DNA from: Actinomycetes bacterium
Lineage (GTDB): Bacteria > Actinomycetota > Thermoleophilia > BMS3ABIN01
Direction of reading: 5' to 3'
NCBI GenBank assembly: GCA_021790115.1
Contig: JAJYIM010000003.1
Location: 16,602 to 80,601, forward strand
DNA: 64,000 nt
The notes beneath the pieces are model-generated. The model saw nothing but the letters and a program-made list of their open reading frames with translations. It was not told the origin of the DNA and searched no databases. Numbering within the stretch: position 1 is the stretch's first letter; the number at the start of each line of letters is the position of its first letter. Shown here piece by piece: positions 48,322 to 57,937 of this stretch. Both the position numbers and the translations under genes were made by a program.

Positions 48322-49073
48322 GATCTTACTATCGTTCCCGCCCTTTCGCCAGACAGCACCCGCTGGATGTTTTGCCTGTCGGCCATATTAAATACAAAAA
48401 TGGGCAGCTTGTTGTCCATACAGAGCGACAACGCAGTGGTATCCATCACCTTCAGGCCGCGCTCGATTGCCTCCAAATGCGTGACCTCGGGCAAGAAGGC
48501 TGCCTGGGGGTTGACTTCCGGATCGGAATCATAAACGCCATCGAACTTGCGCTTCGCCATCAGGATTGCCTCGGCATTTATCTCAAGGGCCCGCAACGCC
48601 GCGGCGGTATCTGTGGTGAAGTAGGGATTCCCGGTGCCAGCTGCAAAGATGACAACCCGCTTTTTTTCCAAATGGCGGATAGCGCGCCGGCGGATGTACG
48701 GTTCAGCTACCTCTTGCATGTGAATCGCGGAAAGCACGCGGGTCTCCAGGTTTATTTTTTCCAGGCCATCCTGAAGCGCGAGGGCGTTAAGGACAGTGGC
48801 AATCATGCCCATGTAGTCACCGGTGGCGCGGTCCATGCCGTGGGCGCTGCCGGCGACCCCGCGGAAAATATTGCCGGCGCCAACGACAATGGCAATTTCT
48901 ACCTGGCGCGCAGCCGCCGCATTGATCTGCTCGCAAATTGAATTAATCTTTTCAGGGTCGATGCTGTGCCGGTCTTCACCTTGAAGCGCCTGGCCTGAAA
49001 GCTTGATCAACACCCGCCTGAAGACAGCCGGTGCAGCAGCCTGGCCGGTCGAAGATCTGGTGCTTCCGGACAA
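48318..49073 (-). CDS. pyrH: Uridylate kinase
   Basis: KLSG, GAGNIFRG, GTGNPYFTTD. Confidence 0.98.
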   Translation of the reverse strand: MSGSTRSSTGQAAAPAVFRRVLIKLSGQALQGEDRHSIDPEKINSICEQINAAAARQVEIAIVVGAGNIFRGVAGSAHGMDRATGDYMGMIATVLNALALQDGLEKINLETRVLSAIHMQEVAEPYIRRRAIRHLEKKRVVIFAAGTGNPYFTTDTAAALRALEINAEAILMAKRKFDGVYDSDPEVNPQAAFLPEVTHLEAIERGLKVMDTTALSLCMDNKLPIFVFNMADRQNIQRVLSGERAGTIVRS

Positions 49074-49670
49074 CTAGCCCTTGCCCAGCTCGAAGCGGGC
49101 GAACCGCTTGATCTCGATGTTCTCACCCAGTTTCCCGACCAGCTCTCCCCGCAGCTGTTCGACTGTCAACTTATCGTCCTTGACAAAAGGCTGCTCCAGG
49201 AGGCAGACCTGCTGGTAGTATTTATCCAGCTTCCCCTGGGCAATTTTTTCGAGGATGTTTTCAGGCTTGCCGGTTTCCCTGGCTTGCTCCTTGTAAATGC
49301 AGAGCTCTGCCTCTGTCTCGTCGGCGGGCACGTCATCGCGGCCGACATACTTGGGGTCTGCGGCCGCCACGTGCATGGCGACATCGTGAACGAAAGTCTT
49401 AAATTCCCCCGTTTTGGCAACAAAATCAGTCTCACAGCCAATCTCGACAAGAACCCCAATTTTGCCGCCGGCATGGATATAGCTGTCAACCAGTCCCTGG
49501 GTAGTCGTGCGGCCGCTGCGTTTTGCGGCAGCGGCAAGGCCTTTGGTCCTCAACAGCCGCACAGCCTCCTCAACGTCGCCGCCTGATTCCGCCAGGGCTT
49601 TCTTGCAATCCATCATTCCGGCCCCGGTCTGGTCCCGCAGTTGTTTTACTTCTTTGGCGCTAACTGCCAC
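49074..49670 (-). CDS. tsf: Elongation factor Ts (short form)
   Basis: LRDQTGAGMMDCKKAL, ETDFV. Confidence 0.98.
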   Translation of the reverse strand: MAVSAKEVKQLRDQTGAGMMDCKKALAESGGDVEEAVRLLRTKGLAAAAKRSGRTTTQGLVDSYIHAGGKIGVLVEIGCETDFVAKTGEFKTFVHDVAMHVAAADPKYVGRDDVPADETEAELCIYKEQARETGKPENILEKIAQGKLDKYYQQVCLLEQPFVKDDKLTVEQLRGELVGKLGENIEIKRFARFELGKG

Positions 49671-49705
49671 TTGAACACCTCGCTGGCTTCCATGCTTTCT
49701 GGCTT

Positions 49706-50782
49706 CTATTCCTGTTCCTTGTTTTCTGTTTGTTTGCCACCCTCATCGCCGGCTTTCTTTTCATCATCCGCGGCCGCCTTTGGCTTTCTCATTGAAGGAG
49801 CCTTACTTTTTGACGGGCCAGTTTTTGACTTGGCGACAGCCTTAGGCTTAACTTGAGCTTTGGCAGCAGATGCTTTCCCCTGCTTGGCATCAGTTTTTTC
49901 TGCTTTCGCCGCCGGCTTCCGGGCCGTTTTTACCGGGGCATCTGCTTTCGCCGGGGCGGCTTCCCCTTTTGCTCCGGCGCCGGCTCCTGCCGCGGCGGCC
50001 ATTTCTGCCTGGGTCTTGACGGTTTCCTCAGCCGCAGCCTTCGCTTCAGCTTCTTGCTTGGCGGCGGCGGCCGCGGCCGCCTGCACCTCTTTCTCCAAAA
50101 AGAGTTGCCTGCCCTCAACGACGCCATCGGCGATAGCCCTGATAATGAGGGCGCAGGAACGAATGGCGTCATCGTTTCCAGGAATGACGAAATCGACTTC
50201 GTCAGGATTGCAGTTGGTATCAACCAACGCCACCACCGGCACCCCCAGCTTCCTGGACTCGCGAATTACAATGGTCTCGCGGCGCGGGTCGATCACAAAC
50301 ACGGCCGCCGGCAGCTTATCCATGTCTGCCACGCCGCCCAGGTTTTGCTCCAGTTTGCGCAGCTCTGCCAGCCGGTTCATCTGCTCTTTGGTGGGAAGGA
50401 GGTCGAGCTGGCCCTCGTCCCGCAGCCGCCGCAATTCATGCATCATTTTGATGCGCTGAGAAATCGTCGCATAGTTGGTAAGAAGACCTCCCAGCCAGCG
50501 GTGGGAAACAAAGGGCATGCTGGCCCGCTGCGCTTCTGCGGTGATGGTGTCCTGGCACTGTTTCTTGGTGCCCACAAACAGCACCATTTTGCCATCGGCG
50601 GCCAGCCCCCGGACGAAGTCGTACGCTTCCTCAATCAGCCTGATCGTCTTTTGCAGGTCGATGATGTAGATCCCGCCGCGCTCCGTGAAGATGTAAGGCT
50701 TCATGCGCGGATTCCAACGGCGGGTCTGGTGTCCGAAGTGGACGCCTGATTCCAGCAGTTCCTTCATTGTTACAGCAGGCAA
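49706..50782 (-). CDS. rpsB: 30S ribosomal protein S2 with Ala/Lys-rich C-terminal extension
   Basis: GVHFGHQTRRWNP, RWLGG, PGNDDA. Confidence 0.98.
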   Translation of the reverse strand: MPAVTMKELLESGVHFGHQTRRWNPRMKPYIFTERGGIYIIDLQKTIRLIEEAYDFVRGLAADGKMVLFVGTKKQCQDTITAEAQRASMPFVSHRWLGGLLTNYATISQRIKMMHELRRLRDEGQLDLLPTKEQMNRLAELRKLEQNLGGVADMDKLPAAVFVIDPRRETIVIRESRKLGVPVVALVDTNCNPDEVDFVIPGNDDAIRSCALIIRAIADGVVEGRQLFLEKEVQAAAAAAAKQEAEAKAAAEETVKTQAEMAAAAGAGAGAKGEAAPAKADAPVKTARKPAAKAEKTDAKQGKASAAKAQVKPKAVAKSKTGPSKSKAPSMRKPKAAADDEKKAGDEGGKQTENKEQE

Positions 50783-50912
50783 ACCGAGATCCTTTCACTC
50801 GACTTTAAATTGCCGCTCCTCGACTGGCGGCTGCGGCAGGGCGGCTTCCGCCGCAGCGTTTTTTGCATTCAAACACGGGCGACGGCCATGTGGCCGCGCC
50901 TAGAGCTACGGT

Positions 50913-50921
50913 ATTTTAACA
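50913..50921 (-). promoter_or_regulatory. Extended -10 promoter of the rpsB operon
   Basis: Minus strand TGTTAAAAT followed by a GC-rich structured leader. Confidence 0.55.
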
Positions 50922-50994
50922 TATAAAAAAGTTCCGAGTTTTGAGTCCGCCCCGCAACCGCCGGCTGCGGGGCATGTATGATAGCCTACACGGC

Positions 50995-51393
50995 ATGTCA
51001 GAAGAACAAATCAAATCGATTTTAGTGGTGACAAGAACAATCGCTATTGTCGGCGCCTCTCCCAATCCCGCCAGGCCCAGTCATAAGGTGGCCGAATATC
51101 TGATCAGGCATGGCTACGATGTCATCCCGGTCAGACCTAAAGTCAACGAAATCCTGGGCAGGAAGTGCTATGCTACCCTTGAGGACATCCCTGCCCATGT
51201 TGATATTGTGGACGTTTTCCGCCGGCCGGAGGCCTGTCCTGAGGTGGCCCGCGCAGCGGTTGCCATCGGCGCCCGGGTGCTATGGCTGCAGGAAGGAATC
51301 GTCAGCGGGGAAGCCGCCCGGATTGCCAGGTCTGGCGGCCTGGTGGTATTTATGGACCGCTGCATCAAAAAGGCGCACCAGGAATTTCTGTGA
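50995..51393 (+). CDS. CoA-binding protein (YccU-like)
   Basis: IAIVGAS..RPS, VDIVDVFR, WLQEG, MDRC. Confidence 0.93.
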   Translation: MSEEQIKSILVVTRTIAIVGASPNPARPSHKVAEYLIRHGYDVIPVRPKVNEILGRKCYATLEDIPAHVDIVDVFRRPEACPEVARAAVAIGARVLWLQEGIVSGEAARIARSGGLVVFMDRCIKKAHQEFL

Positions 51394-51454
51394 TCCCTAT
51401 CCTGTCTTTCAGTGTAAAAATATTATTATTACAGGTGGTATAGTATAATAAGAT

Positions 51455-51907
51455 ATGCCCGAGCCGCGAAAGCCAATCAAACGCCTGATTAATCTGAAAA
51501 CCTCACGTAAAGGTATCCGTCAGGTTCTTGGCGACCTGGAAGCCGACATCATGGAGCTTCTCTGGAAAAGCAGCCCCGCCAGCGTCCGCGAGATTCACGG
51601 GAAGCTGGCAAAGAAACGCTCAATTGCCTACACCACCGTCATGACAGTAATGAGCCGGCTGGCGGAAAAAGGCCTGCTCAGGCGCGAACATCACGGACGG
51701 GCATACCTTTACTCCCCCACCCAAAGCCGGGAAGAATTTTGCTCTGACACCATCAGCACGGTGATGACAGGCCTGCTCGGAGGTTTTGGTGAGCCGGTGC
51801 TGTCGCACTTTGTCGATACTGTAGGTTCTAAAGACAGGAAGAACCTGGACGAGCTGATTCGTCTGGTTGAAGCCAAGAAAAGGAATACGGAAAAATCGGC
51901 TACCTGA
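51455..51907 (+). CDS. BlaI/MecI/CopY-family repressor
   Basis: LGDLEADIMELLW, AYTTVMTVMSRLAEKG, GRAYLY. Confidence 0.95.
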   Translation: MPEPRKPIKRLINLKTSRKGIRQVLGDLEADIMELLWKSSPASVREIHGKLAKKRSIAYTTVMTVMSRLAEKGLLRREHHGRAYLYSPTQSREEFCSDTISTVMTGLLGGFGEPVLSHFVDTVGSKDRKNLDELIRLVEAKKRNTEKSAT

Positions 51908-53103
51908 CGCTGACTATCTCCTACCTTGTCATCCTTGCCGGCCCCTGGATTATCAAGCGCTGGCTGGCCGGCCATCTGCGCCCGCGCACGGTAGCCTTGC
52001 TTTATTTTTTTTCAATCATGGCTGCCGGCCTGGCGACATGCGTCAGCTTGGCCCTGGTCTTGCTGAGGTTTCTGTCCGCTTCTTTGCTGGTGGAAATGGG
52101 AAACGCCTGCGGCGGAATTTTCGCATTCGGGCATGGCTTTCTGGCAACAAGCCACTGGAACTACCTGCTTGCCGCAGGGCTGGCGGCAGTGTTTCTGCTC
52201 CAGCTTACATTTCTGCTCGGCGGCGGCGCCAGGCTGCTTCGCGCCAGCTACCGCCTGGGGAAAAAACATCTTTTGGCCGGGACCCGCTGTCCGGCACTTC
52301 CTCGCATAACGGGCAAATCCTGGGCCGGGCACGTTTATCTAACTTCAGCTACAACCGTGGAAGCGCATACTTCAGGATTGATCCGGTCCCGGATCCACAT
52401 CTCCCAGGCCATGGTCCGCCGGCTTCCTGGGGATGAGCTTATGGCTGTCATCTATCACGAGAGGGCCCACTGCTCAGGCAAGGACAATTTCCTGGCAGCG
52501 GCGGCCAAAACGGTTTCGCTCGCCATGTTTTATCTTCCCGGACCACGCATGGCCTACCAGGAAATGCGCATCTACCTGGAGAAGGCGGCCGACAGAACAG
52601 CCGCCGCTCAAACCGGCGGCCCGCTGGTAATTGCTAGGGCCCTGGCCCGCATTGCCACTGCCGGGCAAATATTCAGCAAAGAAGTTCCGGCCATGCCTGC
52701 CTCCGGTCATGGGGACGTAACCTCCCGCCTGCAGGTGCTGGCCAATGACTATCGGGAAAACGGCAGCGGATGGAAGCGCCTGTGCCTTTTTATTCTCCTG
52801 GCTGCGGCTGCGCTTGCCTTTTTCTCCGTCAGCGCCCTGGTCGTTACCGGCGCCGACCAGCGCCAGGCTTTTATTTGCTACATGAAGCACCAGCAGGGCG
52901 GCGCGGGCGTTTGCAAGCTAAGAGCCTATTTCGATAGGCGTATTCTGCTGCGGCCGGCTGCAAAGACCATCGGCGGCGTCCTCGGAGCAAAAAGTCCTCG
53001 ACGTACCGCAGCGGGTACGACTGCGGGCTTTTTACTCCTGCATCCTTGCCCATGGTCTTTTCGCTCGGCCTCGCAACGAATTACCTATCGAAATAGGCTC
53101 TAA
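51895..53103 (+). CDS. M56 (BlaR1-like) membrane zinc peptidase; start uncertain, 3' end extended by a MITE
   Basis: HERAH, E..AD, LARAL; TM segments; follows the BlaI-type gene. Confidence 0.8.
   Translation: MGYLTLTISYLVILAGPWIIKRWLAGHLRPRTVALLYFFSIMAAGLATCVSLALVLLRFLSASLLVEMGNACGGIFAFGHGFLATSHWNYLLAAGLAAVFLLQLTFLLGGGARLLRASYRLGKKHLLAGTRCPALPRITGKSWAGHVYLTSATTVEAHTSGLIRSRIHISQAMVRRLPGDELMAVIYHERAHCSGKDNFLAAAAKTVSLAMFYLPGPRMAYQEMRIYLEKAADRTAAAQTGGPLVIARALARIATAGQIFSKEVPAMPASGHGDVTSRLQVLANDYRENGSGWKRLCLFILLAAAALAFFSVSALVVTGADQRQAFICYMKHQQGGAGVCKLRAYFDRRILLRPAAKTIGGVLGAKSPRRTAAGTTAGFLLLHPCPWSFRSASQRITYRNRL
52922..53100. mobile_element. MITE, 179 bp, 17-bp perfect TIRs, TAA target duplication
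   Basis: taa-GAGCCTATTTCGATAGG...CCTATCGAAATAGGCTC-taa; imperfect palindrome extends inward. Confidence 0.88.
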
Positions 53104-53282
53104 ACCACTGACTCGATCATTCACCGCACTTGAAGAAGTAGCCTGCTAATCATTTTCGCATTGACATGGGCTTGCTCAACAGCCAATGACTGCCGGCGGC
53201 GGAAAAACCATCAGCCTGTGGATAAAGCACGTCCCATAGGCAGGTTGGAAAACCCGCCATCTACCAAAGTTTTACCATCTTT

Positions 53283-53684
53283 CTAATCAGCCGCCTCTTC
53301 CAGCAGCCAGCACTCGATGACGTCTGAGAAGCAATCATCTTCCTGAATCTCAAATCCGCGACAATCGCAGCTTGCGGCGCTAGAAGCTGGGAAGTCCCTG
53401 CATCTCCCCAGATTACGGCTTCGGCAATCCAGCTGCCTGTCGGAAAGCTTCAGGATGTCGCCGCCGCCGGTGTCTTCCGTGTTTAGCCCGCCGAAAGGCG
53501 TGCCTGCGCTGGTTCCGGCGATGGCGCCCCTCTGCTCTTGGCGGGTTGAATCCGTGGCGCTGCGCAGCTTCCAGGCAGCTACCCAAACCATCTTGTCTTC
53601 CGGGGCGATGATTAGAAATCTTTCTAGCCAAGTATCATCCTGCATCTGCGGAATGACCGTGCATGTTATCCCAAAAGCAGTCAT
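53283..53684 (-). CDS. Hypothetical protein with acidic, Cys-containing C-terminus
   Basis: Strong SD GGGAGG before ATG 53684; 133 aa; no recognised family. Confidence 0.55.
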   Translation of the reverse strand: MTAFGITCTVIPQMQDDTWLERFLIIAPEDKMVWVAAWKLRSATDSTRQEQRGAIAGTSAGTPFGGLNTEDTGGGDILKLSDRQLDCRSRNLGRCRDFPASSAASCDCRGFEIQEDDCFSDVIECWLLEEAAD

Positions 53685-53851
53685 GAGGCCTCCCTTTCCG
53701 CCCAAATACGTCTTATTAAACCGAGTATTTCCACTTTTGCTTCTTACTAACACTTTCGGCCGGCTGGAAGAAGGCGATAAATATTTTTCCCGCAAGGATT
53801 TGCAGCCGGCTGCAATCATGCCGGCCCGGGATGCACAAGAGGAGGTTAATT

Positions 53852-54508
53852 CTAAGACTGCCCGGCGAGGGCGTCTTTAGCCTGTTTTAGGCAGTGGATG
53901 ACTTCCTCGTCAGTTACCTGGGTGAAGTTGCGATAAAACTCCCCCACAGCGCCAAAATATGAAGGGGTAGAAAGGCAGGCAACCTCGTCCGCCATCTTGT
54001 CCAGCTTTTTTTTAACCCGCGGGGAGGCAACAGGAATAACACAGTCTATTTTCGCGGCGCCGGCATTCCTGACCGACTGAAGCGCCGCCATCATCGTGTA
54101 CCCGGTGGCGACGCCGTCGTCAACCACCAGCGCCGTTTTGCCGCTCACATCAGGGGCGGTATCAACGCCACGGTACTTCAGATAGCGGCGTTTTATCTCT
54201 TCTTTTTGCAGCTCGGCTTCTTCCCGGATATAACGGTCGCTGACCTCGTAGAGCCTGACCGTGTTCTCATCCAGCAGCAGGTTGCCATCTGAGTCTACCG
54301 AGCCAATCGCCAGCTCTGGATTTAATGGGGCTCCAATTTTACGTGTCACCCAGACGTCAAGCGGCAGCTTTAGCGCCAGCGCAATCTCCAGGGCGACAAC
54401 GACGCCTCCCCGAGGCAAACCTAAAACAATGCCGCCAGTCCCATCAGCGAATGATTCCACCAAAGAGACCATCCGTTGACCCGCGTCTTTTCTGTCTTCA
54501 AAAAACAT
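53852..54508 (-). CDS. Phosphoribosyltransferase-family protein
   Basis: LGLPRGGV, RKIGAP..PELAIG, VVDDGVATG, FGAVGEFY. Confidence 0.93.
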   Translation of the reverse strand: MFFEDRKDAGQRMVSLVESFADGTGGIVLGLPRGGVVVALEIALALKLPLDVWVTRKIGAPLNPELAIGSVDSDGNLLLDENTVRLYEVSDRYIREEAELQKEEIKRRYLKYRGVDTAPDVSGKTALVVDDGVATGYTMMAALQSVRNAGAAKIDCVIPVASPRVKKKLDKMADEVACLSTPSYFGAVGEFYRNFTQVTDEEVIHCLKQAKDALAGQS

Positions 54509-54609
54509 TCTTCCCCCGTAGTTGCAGCACGAAGTTTGACCTGCACTTACGTATTACGCGGCTCGAGCAAATATTACCTGCATCGTTCCCAAAAAACAGC
54601 ATCAAGTTC

Positions 54610-55611
54610 TTAAACAAGCAACCCGCCCGTGGCCCTGGCTCCCATTGACAACCACTCCGGATGGGGAGCGTCAGGCAAAAATCTGGCGGCGCTGGCGATC
54701 ATGGCGGCGTTGTCCGTGCAAAGCTCCGGTGGCGGAATCCTCAAGCTGATGCCGCGTGAAGTACATTCCTGCCCCAGCCGCCGCCGCAGCACGGTGTTGG
54801 CGCTTACACCACCGGCAAGACAAATTTGACTGCAGTTCAGTGATCGGGCAGCGGCGATAACTTTTTTAACCAAGGCTGAAATTACTGCTTTTTGGTAGGA
54901 TGCAGCGATGTCAGCGCGGCGCCGCTGAACCATTTCCGCGCCGGCATCCCTCAGGTAATAGTAAAGGGCGGTCTTCACGCCGCTAAAACTGAAATCAAAA
55001 TTTCCGGCGCGGTCAAGGCCGATGGGAAAACTGGCAAAGGCGGGGTCTCCAGAAGACGCCAGGGCGTCCAGCGCTGCGCCCCCCGGGTAATCCAGGCCCA
55101 ACAGCCTGGCGCCCTTGTCGAGCGCCTCCCCGGCCGCATCATCAAGCGTTCGGCCTATCAATCTGAAATCACGTTCCGCGGCAACGTAAATCATTGAAGT
55201 GTGGCCTCCGGAAGCAATCAGGCATAAAAAGGGAGGCGATGCGGGCTCGGGCTGCAGATAATTAGCGGCGATGTGGCCTTCCAGGTGACTTACCCCGACC
55301 AGCCCGGCGCCGCATGCAAATGCGATCGCCTTGGCCGTGGCTACGCCAACCAGCAAGGCTCCGATCAGCCCCGGCCGCGTTGTCACAGCAAGGCGCCGGA
55401 TCTGCCCCAACTCCACGCCCGCTACGGTCAGCGCCTCGGCCACCACCAGATTTATCAGCTCGAGGTGGCGCCTCGAAGCTACTTCCGGAACCACACCGCC
55501 ATAACGGGCATGGAACCGGGTTTGCGAGGAAACAATGTTAGCCAGCAGATTATCCCCATCGAGAATGGCGGCGCAGGTGTCGTCACAGGAAGTTTCAATA
55601 GCCAGGATCAA
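54610..55611 (-). CDS. tsaD: tRNA N6-adenosine threonylcarbamoyltransferase
   Basis: IETSCDDT, GGVVPEVASR, HLEGH, SGGHT, FSFSG, CTDNAAMI; TTG start overlaps the rimI stop. Confidence 0.98.
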   Translation of the reverse strand: MILAIETSCDDTCAAILDGDNLLANIVSSQTRFHARYGGVVPEVASRRHLELINLVVAEALTVAGVELGQIRRLAVTTRPGLIGALLVGVATAKAIAFACGAGLVGVSHLEGHIAANYLQPEPASPPFLCLIASGGHTSMIYVAAERDFRLIGRTLDDAAGEALDKGARLLGLDYPGGAALDALASSGDPAFASFPIGLDRAGNFDFSFSGVKTALYYYLRDAGAEMVQRRRADIAASYQKAVISALVKKVIAAARSLNCSQICLAGGVSANTVLRRRLGQECTSRGISLRIPPPELCTDNAAMIASAARFLPDAPHPEWLSMGARATGGLLV

Positions 55612-56060
55612 GCCGACATGTCCTCTGAATCCTTCCACATGATGAGCGCATCCTCTCCATTATCACTGTAATAACCTTTGCGCAAGCCCGTGCAGATAAA
55701 ACCGAAACTCTCGTACATTTTAATGGCGCCGCGGTTGGACTTTCTCACTTCCAGCGTATAACCGCGGTGCTTTGCCTGGCCGCATAGCTCGAAAATCTGC
55801 TCCAGCAGCTCCGTGGCGATATATCTGCGGCGGTAACCTTTGTTAACGGCCAGATCGAGCAAATGCCACACCTCGACATACTGAGTGGCAATCGTATAGC
55901 CGACCACGCGGCCGTCAACTTCAGCCACCAGGCATATGCTTGCGTCTTTGGCAATCTGTGTTAAAAAAGTATTGGCGGACCAGGGCCGAGGGAAGGAAGA
56001 CTCTTCAATCTGAATAACTTCCTTCAGGTCAGCGAGGCGCATGGGCCTGATTATTGCCAT
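55608..56060 (-). CDS. rimI: Ribosomal protein S18 alanine N-acetyltransferase
   Basis: LEVRKSN..A..YESFGF...RKGYY..GEDALIM. Confidence 0.95.
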   Translation of the reverse strand: MAIIRPMRLADLKEVIQIEESSFPRPWSANTFLTQIAKDASICLVAEVDGRVVGYTIATQYVEVWHLLDLAVNKGYRRRYIATELLEQIFELCGQAKHRGYTLEVRKSNRGAIKMYESFGFICTGLRKGYYSDNGEDALIMWKDSEDMSA

Positions 56061-56782
56061 GGCTGTCTCTTTCTCAAGAGTACGGTCTTGTCTGCGTCCG
56101 GCTCCCTGACGTACTCAGGGAGCACCTCCATAAGATCCTGCGGGCTGTACTTTTTTTTACATCCTGCTTCCGGTAAATGATGAGCCGCCTGCACCTGATG
56201 GCGCTTGTCCTGAGGCGGCAGCGCCTGAATAGCCGGCGCAGAATAAAAGATCTCCGGGTAAGCAAGCACGCCGTCGCCGGCGGCGACCATGGGGCCGGAA
56301 GCCGCCTTCGTGACAACTTCCACCAGATCTCCCGGATCCAAACAATAAATCTCCGAAAGCGGAGTAACCTTTCGGTTGTGCTTTCTGTAAATTTGGGCGA
56401 AAACCTGGCCGCGCCGGGCATTGATCGCCGCCATCAGCAGCGGCTGGCCCTGCAAGCCCGGGGAACCGGCCGCGCCAGCCGCAAGCGCTGCCAGCGAGCT
56501 TGACCCCTGAAGCGGAATACCGAGCGATTGGGACAACGCCCGGCAGGTTGCAATGCCAACCCTGAGGCCGCTAAAATTTCCCGGCCCGGTTCCGACGGCG
56601 ATAAACTCCAGCCGGCGGGCATCAATATTTTGCCGGCCAAGCAGCTGCTCGACAGCAGGAAACAGCATCTCCAGATGCGACCTGCCTGCCTCGAAAGAGA
56701 TGCTGCCAATTACATTTTCGCTATTGCCTAGCGCAATACTACAAATTTCAGTGGCGGTGTCAATGGCGAGTGCCAGCAACAA
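56051..56782 (-). CDS. tsaB: t6A biosynthesis protein TsaB
   Basis: LAIDTAT, GPGNFSGLRVG, NARRGQV. Confidence 0.95.
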   Translation of the reverse strand: MLLALAIDTATEICSIALGNSENVIGSISFEAGRSHLEMLFPAVEQLLGRQNIDARRLEFIAVGTGPGNFSGLRVGIATCRALSQSLGIPLQGSSSLAALAAGAAGSPGLQGQPLLMAAINARRGQVFAQIYRKHNRKVTPLSEIYCLDPGDLVEVVTKAASGPMVAAGDGVLAYPEIFYSAPAIQALPPQDKRHQVQAAHHLPEAGCKKKYSPQDLMEVLPEYVREPDADKTVLLRKRQPWQ

Positions 56783-57230
56783 GCTCCTCCAGGCTTTTTT
56801 TCAGGTCTTCCCTGGGCCGCAAAAATGAAATGCGGCGGCTATGCTCATCAACATGCTCCAGCTTCACGACAACAGCCGGCTCTTCCAGAAAAAGCTTTGC
56901 CTGCTCCGGCCATTCGATAAAGGTAATGGCGTCCTTATCAAAGAAAGGCTCCAAATCAACAGCGTCATCAGCGTCAAAGCCGTCAAGCCGGTAGAGGTCA
57001 AGATGATGAATGGTTGCCCGGCCGGCATAGGTTTGAGCAATTGTAAAGCTGGGGCTGGTCACGAGCTCGCCAACCCCCAGTTCATGAGCGGCGGCCCTGA
57101 TAAACACGGTCTTGCCGGCACCAAGCTGACCGGAAACGAAAACAACGTCGCCTGGTTTAAGCAGCCGCGCCAGGCTGGCCGCCATTGCTGCCGTCACGGC
57201 CACGGAGCTTGAGACAATGCTCAACATCAA
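56760..57230 (-). CDS. tsaE: t6A biosynthesis ATPase TsaE
   Basis: GQLGAGKT, VTSPSF, HLDLYRL, IEW. Confidence 0.96.
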   Translation of the reverse strand: MMLSIVSSSVAVTAAMAASLARLLKPGDVVFVSGQLGAGKTVFIRAAAHELGVGELVTSPSFTIAQTYAGRATIHHLDLYRLDGFDADDAVDLEPFFDKDAITFIEWPEQAKLFLEEPAVVVKLEHVDEHSRRISFLRPREDLKKSLEELVAGTRH

Positions 57231-57937
57231 AACAGGCCCAGTTGCCCGCCACCGGCATCGTCTTTAATGCCCCCTTCCGCGCCGGTCTCACTTTCTGCCA
57301 CAGGTTTAGGATGCCTGCTGTCATCCTTCGGTCTTCGCCGGGCCGCCCCCCGCGCATTTGCCCCAATAATAACGGCGAGCCGGTCAAAATCTGCTTCCAG
57401 TCCTTTTAAGTTTGACGGCGAGTAAAGGGCGGCGGCCGGATGAAAGACAGGAAACAACAGCGCCGGCTGCTGAGGGCCGGGCATTTTCTGCAGGGCGCCG
57501 TGCACTCTGGAAATGCCATCCGGCCTGCCGCTCAGAAGCTTGGTGGCGAAGTTGCCTAAAGTGCAAATGACGCCCGGCCTGACCAGAGAGATCTGCCTCT
57601 CAAGAAAGGCCCGGCACTTTTCGATCTCGTCCGGCTGCGGATCACGGTTACCGGGTGGACGGCATTTTAGTACGTTAGCGATGTAAACATCACCGCGGCT
57701 CAGGCCCATCTGACCCAGCAGCCTGTCAAGCAGCCCGCCAGCCTTCCCCGCAAAAGGCTCGCCCAGCCTGTCTTCGTGGTAGCCAGGAGCCTCGCCCACA
57801 AACATCAGCCCGGCAGAGCAGCTGCCGGCGCCAAAAACAGTGTTGGTGCGGCTTGTGTGGAGTGAGCACCGGCGGCAGGAGCCGACCTCCTGCCGGAGCG
57901 CTTCCAGGGCGCCTGAGCGCGAGCGGGCGTCAGCCAC
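57227..57937 (-). CDS. Uracil-DNA glycosylase family 4
   Basis: CRRC, VGEAPG, NVLKCRPPGNRDP, HPAA; GTG start overlaps the upstream stop. Confidence 0.93.
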   Translation of the reverse strand: MADARSRSGALEALRQEVGSCRRCSLHTSRTNTVFGAGSCSAGLMFVGEAPGYHEDRLGEPFAGKAGGLLDRLLGQMGLSRGDVYIANVLKCRPPGNRDPQPDEIEKCRAFLERQISLVRPGVICTLGNFATKLLSGRPDGISRVHGALQKMPGPQQPALLFPVFHPAAALYSPSNLKGLEADFDRLAVIIGANARGAARRRPKDDSRHPKPVAESETGAEGGIKDDAGGGQLGLF

